DNA from: Cyanobacteriota bacterium
GTDB lineage: Bacteria > Cyanobacteriota > Cyanobacteriia > PCC-6307 > Cyanobiaceae
Length of the DNA stretch: 64,000 nucleotides
Assembly (NCBI GenBank): GCA_046052125.1
Contig: JBJOMY010000006.1
Coordinates: forward strand, 1 to 64,000
Direction of reading: 5' to 3'
The translations under genes were made by a program, and so were the position numbers. Within the stretch, counting starts at the first letter, position 1. The number at the start of each line of letters is the position of its first letter. A model generated the notes under the pieces. The model ran no database searches and was not told the origin of the DNA. It worked only from the letters and a program-made list of their open reading frames with translations. Below are positions 57,296-64,000 of the stretch, piece after piece.

Positions 57296-57844
57296 TCAAC
57301 CCAGCAAGCTGGCAATCCGCGCCCCGATCTCCTCGACCGTGCCAGCGGCTTCCACAGGCGCCAGCAGGTTGCGCTCGCGGTAGTAAGCGATCAGCGGCTC
57401 GGTCTGCTGGCGGTACACCTCAAGGCGATGGCGAATCACCTCCTCGTTGTCATCAGCGCGGCCGCGGGAGAGCAGACGCTGCACGAGCACGGCGTCGTCC
57501 AGCTCCATAAGCACAACCAGCTCAATCTGCTGGCCGAGCTCATCGAGCAGCTGGGCCAAGGCATCGGCCTGAGCCACGTTGCGGGGGAAGCCATCGAGCA
57601 GCCAGCCGCCGCTGTGGGCCTGAAGACGGCTGCGCACGATCGCCAGCACGAGGGCATCGCTCACGAGCTCGCCGCGCGCCATCACGGCCTCGGCTTCCTT
57701 GCCGAGCTCGCTGCCGGCGGCCACTTCGGCACGCAGCAGATCACCGGTGGAGAGGTGGAGCAGATTCTGAGTTTCGGCGAGTCGCTGGGCCTGGGTGCCC
57801 TTACCAGCCCCGGGGGGGCCGAGGAAGAGAAGACGTTGCTTCAT
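57296..57844 (-). CDS. adk: Adenylate kinase (short-LID type)
   Basis: [30 protein letters not shown]. Confidence 0.97.
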   Translation of the reverse strand: MKQRLLFLGPPGAGKGTQAQRLAETQNLLHLSTGDLLRAEVAAGSELGKEAEAVMARGELVSDALVLAIVRSRLQAHSGGWLLDGFPRNVAQADALAQLLDELGQQIELVVLMELDDAVLVQRLLSRGRADDNEEVIRHRLEVYRQQTEPLIAYYRERNLLAPVEAAGTVEEIGARIASLLG

Positions 57845-57919
57845 GACGGAAACGCGTAACGGATGGGCGGTACGGGACGAACAATCAACCGATCAACAAG
57901 ACCACAAGGGGGGCCAGGG

Positions 57920-59236
57920 TCACTGGCGCACCATGCCCTCGTAGCGCTGCGAGATCACGGCGGTTTGCAGCTGCTTAGCGGTTTGGATGGCCACACCCAC
58001 CAGGATCAGCAGGCTGGTGGCGCCGAGGCCCTGGAAGGTTTTCACCTGCGTGGCCGACTCCACCGCCGAGGGAATGATTGCCACGGCCCCAAGGAAGAGG
58101 GCACCCAGCAGGGTCAGACGGTTCTGCACTCCGCTGAGGTAGCTGGCGGTGGCGGAGCCGGGGCGGACACCGGGGATGGCGACGCCGGTGCGCTTGAGGT
58201 TCGTGGCCACATCCACGGGGTTGATCGTGAGCGTGGCGTAGAAGAACGAGAAGCCGATGATCAGGCCGAAGAACAGCAGCGCATACACCCAGGGGGTGCC
58301 GCTGTTGGGGCTCAGGGCGGCCGCGATATTGATCAGCCAAGGCTGCTTGGTGATGTTGGCAATGGTGAGCGGCAGGAACACCACGGCCGAAGCAAAGATG
58401 ATCGGCATCACGCCGCCGGCGTTGAGCTTGAGCGGCAGGTAGCTCTGGCGAGCCGAAAGGCTGGCGCCTCCCACTTGCCGCTTCGCACTCACGATGGGGA
58501 TGCGGCGATTGCCTTCTTCCACACACACGATCCCAACGATCGTGACCAGGAACACCGCCACCAGCACCACGATGCCGCCAACAGTGCTGCGGTCGCCGCT
58601 CTGGGCCAGCTCGATCGTGGAGCCAAGGGCCCGGGGCAGGGTGGCCACGATGTTGAGGTAGATCACCAGGGAGGCGCCCTGGCCAATGCCCCGCTCGGTG
58701 ATCACCTCACTGATCCACATCACCACCATCGAGCCGGTCACGAGCGCAACGGCGGTTTGCAGCACAAACACCAGCTCGGAGGTTCCGGCTATGGCGTAGG
58801 GCCGCAGGATCAGGGCAAACACCACGCTCTGCAGGATGCCCCAGCCGAGGGCCACATAGCGGGTGAACTGAGCGATCTTGCGCCGGCCGGCCTCACCCTC
58901 GTTCTTCTGGAGATCCTCCAGCTGCGGCAATGCCGAGGTGAGCAGCTGCAGGATGATCGAGGCGTTGATGAAGGGCAGAATTCCCAGACCGAACACACCG
59001 AGGGTGGAGATGCCACCGCCGGTGAAGATGTCGAGGAAGCCGATCAGCTGACCACCGCGGGCGATGAAGTCCTGGAAGGCCACCCGGTCGATTCCAGGCA
59101 CGGGGATATAGATCCCCAGGCGCACCAGCAGCAACAGGCCCAGGGTGATCAACACCCGATTGCGCAGATCCTTGGCCTGGATCAGCTGCGTGAGGATTTC
59201 ACCGGCACTGGGGTTGCGACCCCGGCTGACGAGCAT
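57920..59236 (-). CDS. secY: Preprotein translocase SecY
   Basis: LGILPFINASII, GIGQGASL, GVMPIIFA, IPGVRPG. Confidence 0.98.
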   Translation of the reverse strand: MLVSRGRNPSAGEILTQLIQAKDLRNRVLITLGLLLLVRLGIYIPVPGIDRVAFQDFIARGGQLIGFLDIFTGGGISTLGVFGLGILPFINASIILQLLTSALPQLEDLQKNEGEAGRRKIAQFTRYVALGWGILQSVVFALILRPYAIAGTSELVFVLQTAVALVTGSMVVMWISEVITERGIGQGASLVIYLNIVATLPRALGSTIELAQSGDRSTVGGIVVLVAVFLVTIVGIVCVEEGNRRIPIVSAKRQVGGASLSARQSYLPLKLNAGGVMPIIFASAVVFLPLTIANITKQPWLINIAAALSPNSGTPWVYALLFFGLIIGFSFFYATLTINPVDVATNLKRTGVAIPGVRPGSATASYLSGVQNRLTLLGALFLGAVAIIPSAVESATQVKTFQGLGATSLLILVGVAIQTAKQLQTAVISQRYEGMVRQ

Positions 59237-59260
59237 GACGGGCGTGCGGAGGAGAAGAAC

Positions 59261-59300
59261 AAAAAACCGCCTGGAGAAGCCGGGAGGCTCCGCCAGGCGG
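59261..59300 (-). terminator. Terminator-like hairpin between rplO and secY
   Basis: CCGCCUGG...CCAGGCGG followed by U6 on the minus strand. Confidence 0.7.
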
Positions 59301-59340
59301 CACCGACGCTAATGGGTCGGGGTCAGAACCAAGCCGAGGC

Positions 59341-59793
59341 TCAGATCTCTTCGCAGGTGCCACCTGCAGCCTCGATTTTCTCGCGGGCGCTGGCGGTGAA
59401 GGCAGCGGCCTGAACGGTGAGCTTCACCTTCAGGTCGCCATTGCCGAGCACCTTCAGGGGGTGCTTGGGGCTGGTCACGAGGCCGTCCTTCACGAGGGTG
59501 TCGATATTGACGGTGCTGCCGGCCTTGAGGTCGGCGAGCTTGGCCACGTTGATCACCGTGTAGTTCTTGGGGTTGATCACGGTGAAGTGCTTGAGCTTCG
59601 GCACCCGGCGGTAGAGGGGCATCTGACCACCTTCGAAGCCGGGACGGGTGGGACGACCCGAGCGGGACTTCTGACCGCGCATACCGAAACCGCAGCTGGC
59701 GCCTTGGCCGGCGGCGATGCCGCGGCCCTTACGGAGCTTGCGGCGACGGGCTCCTTTCTGGGGAGCCAGGGACTGGAGATTGAGCGACGTCAT
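59341..59793 (-). CDS. rplO: 50S ribosomal protein L15
   Basis: [22 protein letters not shown]. Confidence 0.98.
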   Translation of the reverse strand: MTSLNLQSLAPQKGARRRKLRKGRGIAAGQGASCGFGMRGQKSRSGRPTRPGFEGGQMPLYRRVPKLKHFTVINPKNYTVINVAKLADLKAGSTVNIDTLVKDGLVTSPKHPLKVLGNGDLKVKLTVQAAAFTASAREKIEAAGGTCEEI

Positions 59794-59801
59794 GGCGGTC
59801 C

Positions 59802-60449
59802 TCAGGAGTAGATCTGCTCAAGGGAGATGCCACGCTCCTTGGCGGTCTCCTTGTGGGTGCGCAGGCCAGCCAGGGCATCCATGGCGGCGCGGGCGTTGTT
59901 GAGGGGGGTCTTCGAACCGAGGCGCTTGGCCAGCACGTTCTTGATGCCGGCGAGCTCCAGCACCGTGCGGATCGAACCACCCGCGATCACACCGGTACCC
60001 GGGGCGGCAGGACGGATCAGCACGCTGGCGGCGCCGTCGCGACCATTGCCCAGGGTGGGGATCGAAGAGTGACGGGTGAGAGGCACCTTCACCAGGTGCT
60101 TCTTGCCATCGGCCACGCCCTTGCGGACGGCGCCGATCACATCGCCGGCCTTGCCGACGCCCACGCCCACCTGGCCCTTCTCGTTGCCGACGACAACGAT
60201 GGCCCGGAAGCTCATCTTCTTACCGCCTTTCACGGTCTTGGAGACGCGGCGAATCTGCACCACGCGCTCTTGCCATTCGGAGTCACGCTCCTGGCCACGG
60301 CGGTTGTCGCGGCCCCGGCCGCCGCCGCGGCGGTCGCCCTTGCCATCGCCACGGCCACCGCGACGCTCCTGCTGACCTTCGGCGGCAGCGGGAACATCAG
60401 CAGCGCCCGGAACGGCGTTGGACTGGATCTGGTCGTTGGTTTCGGTCAT
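59802..60449 (-). CDS. rpsE: 30S ribosomal protein S5
   Basis: [19 protein letters not shown]. Confidence 0.98.
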   Translation of the reverse strand: MTETNDQIQSNAVPGAADVPAAAEGQQERRGGRGDGKGDRRGGGRGRDNRRGQERDSEWQERVVQIRRVSKTVKGGKKMSFRAIVVVGNEKGQVGVGVGKAGDVIGAVRKGVADGKKHLVKVPLTRHSSIPTLGNGRDGAASVLIRPAAPGTGVIAGGSIRTVLELAGIKNVLAKRLGSKTPLNNARAAMDALAGLRTHKETAKERGISLEQIYS

Positions 60450-60463
60450 GGTGAGAGCAGGGA

Positions 60464-60829
60464 TCAGAACTGAAGGCCCGCTTCCCGGGCGGCGTCAGCC
60501 AAGGCCTTAACGCGGCCGTGGTACAGGTTGCCGCCTCGATCGAAGACCACCTGTTGAATGCCCTTGGCAAGGGCACGCTTGGCGACCAACTGACCAACGG
60601 CGACGGAAGCATCGCAGGTGGCAGCGGCCGAGACGCTGGTGCGCAGCTCCTTATCGATGGTCGACGCAGAGCAGAGGGTGCTCTGGGCGTCGTCGTCGAT
60701 GAGCTGTGCGTAGATGTGATTGTTGGAGCGGAACACGGCCAGGCGCGGACGCGCGGCAGTGCCGGTGAGATTGCGACGCAGACGCCGGTGGCGTTTCTGG
60801 GTCTGCTGCTTGCGGGACAGTGTGGACAT
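60464..60829 (-). CDS. rplR: 50S ribosomal protein L18
   Basis: [25 protein letters not shown]. Confidence 0.98.
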   Translation of the reverse strand: MSTLSRKQQTQKRHRRLRRNLTGTAARPRLAVFRSNNHIYAQLIDDDAQSTLCSASTIDKELRTSVSAAATCDASVAVGQLVAKRALAKGIQQVVFDRGGNLYHGRVKALADAAREAGLQF

Positions 60830-60861
60830 GGCAGTACAGGGTAACGACGCTCAGGCAGACC

Positions 60862-61401
60862 TCATTTCTTACCGGTCTTACCGGCCTTGCGCAGGATGCG
60901 TTCGCCCTCGTACTTGATGCCCTTGCCCTTGTAGGGCTCAGGCGGACGAATGGCGCGAACCTTGGCTGCTTCGTTGCCCACCAGTTCCTTGTCGGCACCG
61001 GAAACGAGCACGGTGGTGTTGCCGTCAACGGCAAAGGTGACGCCATCGGGAGGCACCATTTCGACCTGGTGGCTGTAGCCAGCGCTCACCACCAGCTTTT
61101 TGCCCTGAACGGCAGCGCGGTAACCCACGCCAACGATCTCGAGCTTGCGGGTGTAACCCTTGCTCACCCCTTCGACCATGTTGGCGACGAGGGTGCGGCA
61201 GAGGCCGTGGCGCTCGCGGGAGCGGCGGTTGTCGCTGGCGGGGCTCACCACGAGGGTGGTGCCGTCCTGGGCGATGGTCACACCGTCAGGGAGAGTGCGG
61301 CTCAGTTCACCTTTGGGGCCTTTGACTTTGACGTCGAGGCCGCTGAGGGTGACAGTGACGCCGCCCGGCACGGGAATCGGCGCTTTACCAATACGAGACA
61401 T
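60862..61401 (-). CDS. rplF: 50S ribosomal protein L6
   Basis: [15 protein letters not shown]. Confidence 0.98.
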   Translation of the reverse strand: MSRIGKAPIPVPGGVTVTLSGLDVKVKGPKGELSRTLPDGVTIAQDGTTLVVSPASDNRRSRERHGLCRTLVANMVEGVSKGYTRKLEIVGVGYRAAVQGKKLVVSAGYSHQVEMVPPDGVTFAVDGNTTVLVSGADKELVGNEAAKVRAIRPPEPYKGKGIKYEGERILRKAGKTGKK

Positions 61402-61417
61402 GGATCAATCTCCCTGA

Positions 61418-61819
61418 TCAGTAGACGTAAGCGAGCACTTCGCCGCCGACGCCCTGCTTGCGGGCATCGCGGTCGCTCATCACACCTTTGGAGGTGGAGA
61501 TGATGGCCACGCCGAGACCGCCCAGCACCTTGGGCAGCTGGCGGGTGTTCTTGTAAATGCGCAGACCGGGCTTGCTCACGCGCTGCACGGTGCGAATCAG
61601 CGGCTGACGGTGCTTACCGCTGTACTTGAGTTCGAGCACAAGGTGCTTCTCAACGCCTTCACCGGCTTCGGTGATTTCGGAGATGAAGCCCTCCTGCTGC
61701 AGCACCCTGGCGATGCTGCGTGCCATGCGGGATGCAGGCACCTTGGTGGATTGGTGACGCTTCTCACTCGCATTGCGAATGCGGGTGAGCATGTCGGAAA
61801 TTGGGTCGTGATTGGCCAT
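61418..61819 (-). CDS. rpsH: 30S ribosomal protein S8
   Basis: [25 protein letters not shown]. Confidence 0.98.
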   Translation of the reverse strand: MANHDPISDMLTRIRNASEKRHQSTKVPASRMARSIARVLQQEGFISEITEAGEGVEKHLVLELKYSGKHRQPLIRTVQRVSKPGLRIYKNTRQLPKVLGGLGVAIISTSKGVMSDRDARKQGVGGEVLAYVY

Positions 61820-61838
61820 GGTCGGGTCCGAAGAGGGC

Positions 61839-62378
61839 TCAGTTACTGCGGAACGGCATTCCCATCTCGCGGAGGAGGGCCCGGCCCTCTTCGTCGTTAC
61901 GGGCAGTGGTCACGATGGTGATGTCCATGCCCCGGATGGCATCGATCTTGTCGAAGGAGATTTCAGGGAAAATGATCTGCTCCTTCACCCCAAGGGTGTA
62001 GTTGCCACGACCGTCAAAGCTCTTGTCGCTCACGCCGCGGAAGTCGCGGATGCGAGGCAGAGCCAGGTGGATCAGACGCTCGAGGAACGCATACATGCGG
62101 TCGCCACGCAGGGTGACGGCCACACCGATCGGCATGCCCTGACGGATCTTGAAGCCGGCGATGGCTTTCTTGGCGCGGGTCACCATCACTTTTTGACCAG
62201 TGATCGTGGCCAGCTCCTCGATGGAGGCCTCGAGGGCCTTGGCATTTTGGGCGGCTTCACCGAGGCCCCGGTTGACGGTCACTTTGACCAGCTTGGGGAC
62301 TTCGTGGATGTTCGAGAGATTGAGATCCTTCAGCAGCTTGGGCTGGATCTTCTCCCGATAGTTCTGTTTAAGGGACAT
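61839..62378 (-). CDS. rplE: 50S ribosomal protein L5
   Basis: [16 protein letters not shown]. Confidence 0.98.
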   Translation of the reverse strand: MSLKQNYREKIQPKLLKDLNLSNIHEVPKLVKVTVNRGLGEAAQNAKALEASIEELATITGQKVMVTRAKKAIAGFKIRQGMPIGVAVTLRGDRMYAFLERLIHLALPRIRDFRGVSDKSFDGRGNYTLGVKEQIIFPEISFDKIDAIRGMDITIVTTARNDEEGRALLREMGMPFRSN

Positions 62379-62444
62379 GACGGGGGACAGGGGTTGCGCT
62401 TCTGGACGTGGTCAGAAGGCGGACAAGGTTGATAGAGATGGAGA

Positions 62445-62801
62445 TCAGTCGAGGATCTCGCCGGTTTTCTTGAGGCGGCGCTTCTTGGTGCCGTCTTTTT
62501 CCACCACGATCTCGACGCGGCTAGCCACGTTCTTGGAGGTGGAGTACAGCATCACGTTGGAGGCGTGCAGGGACGCTTCTTCAGTCACGATGCGGCCGGT
62601 CTCGCCCTCTTGGGTGGGCTTGACGTGGCGGGTGCGCAGGTTCACGCCCTGCACCACCACACGGTTTTCGTAGGGAAGGGTGCGCAGGACCTCGCCGGTC
62701 TTGCCCTTGTCCTTACCGCTGATCACCTGAACGGTGTCGCCCTTCTTGATGCGCATCTTGGTGCGCACCTGAACCTTGGCTTTAGGGGTGGCAGTCGCCA
62801 T
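62445..62801 (-). CDS. rplX: 50S ribosomal protein L24
   Basis: [16 protein letters not shown]. Confidence 0.98.
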   Translation of the reverse strand: MATATPKAKVQVRTKMRIKKGDTVQVISGKDKGKTGEVLRTLPYENRVVVQGVNLRTRHVKPTQEGETGRIVTEEASLHASNVMLYSTSKNVASRVEIVVEKDGTKKRRLKKTGEILD

Positions 62802-62802
62802 C

Positions 62803-63168
62803 TCAGATCACCTCCGGAGCGAGGGACACGATCTTGGTGAAGTTGCGGTCGCGCAGTTCGCGCGCCACGGGACCGAAGACGCGGGTGCCCTTGGGGTTGT
62901 TGTCGTTGCCGAGGATCACGGCAGCGTTGTCGTCGAAACGGATCGAGTTGCCGTTCACGCGACGCAGGGTGGCTTTGGTGCGCACCACCACAGCCTTCAC
63001 CACATCGGACTTCTTCACGCCCATGTTGGGCATGGCGTCCTTCACGGCGGCCACGATCACATCGCCCACGTGGGCGTATCGACGGTTGGTGCCCAGCACG
63101 CGGATGCACTGGATGCGCTTGGCGCCGCTGTTATCAGCGACGTTGAGGAACGTTTCCTGTTGAATCAT
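62803..63168 (-). CDS. rplN: 50S ribosomal protein L14
   Basis: [20 protein letters not shown]. Confidence 0.98.
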   Translation of the reverse strand: MIQQETFLNVADNSGAKRIQCIRVLGTNRRYAHVGDVIVAAVKDAMPNMGVKKSDVVKAVVVRTKATLRRVNGNSIRFDDNAAVILGNDNNPKGTRVFGPVARELRDRNFTKIVSLAPEVI

Positions 63169-63180
63169 CGGGAGATCTCC

Positions 63181-63432
63181 TCAGCTGGCGCTGCTGGTGT
63201 TCAGCACCTCGGCCACGGCCCAGCGCTTGGTGCGGCTGAGGGGACGAGTTTCAGTGATGCGGACGCGGTCTCCCACCTTGCAGGTGTTCTCCTCATCGTG
63301 CGCCTTGTAGCGCTTGGTGCGGCTCACCGTCTTTTGATAGATGGGGTGAGGGAAGCGGTTCTCCACCGCCACCACCACGGTTTTGTCCATCTTGTCGCTG
63401 ACGACGGTGCCGACCCTTTCCTTGGTTGCCAT
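63181..63432 (-). CDS. rpsQ: 30S ribosomal protein S17
   Basis: [23 protein letters not shown]. Confidence 0.98.
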   Translation of the reverse strand: MATKERVGTVVSDKMDKTVVVAVENRFPHPIYQKTVSRTKRYKAHDEENTCKVGDRVRITETRPLSRTKRWAVAEVLNTSSAS

Positions 63433-63449
63433 AACGGTTACTTAGGGGA

Positions 63450-63659
63450 TCAGGAAGCGGCGGAGCGCTGGCGCTCCGTTTGCACCGTCAGCAGCTGGGC
63501 CAGCTTGATGCGGGCGGCCTTGAAGCGGTGCGGTTGCTCGAGACGGCGGGTGGCCTGCTCGAAGCGAAGGGTGAACAGCTCGCGACGGGTGTCGTCGATC
63601 TGAGTGGTGATGTCGCCGTCGGACAGCTTGCGCACCTCGGCGATGTCGGGACGTGCCAT
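63450..63659 (-). CDS. rpmC: 50S ribosomal protein L29
   Basis: ELFTLRF, position between rplP and rpsQ. Confidence 0.95.
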   Translation of the reverse strand: MARPDIAEVRKLSDGDITTQIDDTRRELFTLRFEQATRRLEQPHRFKAARIKLAQLLTVQTERQRSAAS

Positions 63660-63661
63660 GG

Positions 63662-64000
63662 TCAGGACTCCACGGTGGTGGCCGCAACGGCAGCCTGGGC
63701 AGCTTCCTGATCCGCCAGGGACAGGAACTTGGTTTTCACGGGCAGCTTGTACTGCGCCAGGCGCATGGCCTCTTTGGCGATCTCGGGGGTGATATCGGCA
63801 CCGCCCATCTCAAAAAGGATGCGGCCGGGCTTGATCACAGCTACCCAGAACTCAGGGTTGCCCTTACCGGAACCCATTCGGGTTTCGGCGGGGCGCATGG
63901 TCACCGGCTTGTCGGGGAAGATCCGGATCCAGATCTTTCCGCCCCGCTTGACGTAGCGGGTCATGGCACGACGACTGGCCTCAATCTGACGGGAGGTGAT
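63662..64000 (-). CDS. rplP: 50S ribosomal protein L16 (5' part outside the window)
   Basis: [20 protein letters not shown]. Confidence 0.97.
   Translation of the reverse strand: MTSRQIEASRRAMTRYVKRGGKIWIRIFPDKPVTMRPAETRMGSGKGNPEFWVAVIKPGRILFEMGGADITPEIAKEAMRLAQYKLPVKTKFLSLADQEAAQAAVAATTVES

Noticed and set aside
55136..62378. rpsD, infA, rpmD and rpsN absent from the ribosomal cluster
   Set aside because: Expected layout for picocyanobacteria; no remnants or disruption visible
1..64000. CRISPR arrays, IS elements, prophage genes, rRNA genes
   Set aside because: No regularly spaced repeats, transposase/integrase motifs, phage genes or rRNA sequence recognised by eye

Overview
GC-rich chromosomal window from a picocyanobacterium (Cyanobium/Synechococcus-like), judged by psbU, psaL/psaI, petL, ndhO, crtQ, Som-type porins and the cyanobacterial ribosomal superoperon layout. 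Most of it is core genome: envelope, cofactor and photosynthesis genes (1-33 kb), psaL/psaI, a peptidoglycan-related block, tRNA-Ser(GCT), prfA and the S10/spc/alpha/L13 ribosomal cluster (52-64 kb, rplP cut by the window end). The notable parts: (1) two tandem SLH/Som porin genes whose 5' UTRs carry the complement of the Yfr1 sRNA seed, while their own terminator-bounded 3' UTRs carry the Yfr1 motif (one exact ACUCCUCACAC, one loop-displayed variant), suggesting a porin-encoded feedback sRNA circuit; (2) an adjacent lipid-carrier glycosylation cluster with three GT-C-type membrane transferases, a GtrB-like GT2 and a GtrA flippase-YdjC/ChbG deacetylase fusion; (3) an MntA-HepT toxin-antitoxin pair wedged between iscA and a TPR gene; (4) a PucC/BCD transporter that appears to need a CTG start buried in a 13-bp hairpin. 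petL, psaI and rpmJ are missing from the ORF track and were read by hand. All family calls come from motif recognition; no database searches were run.
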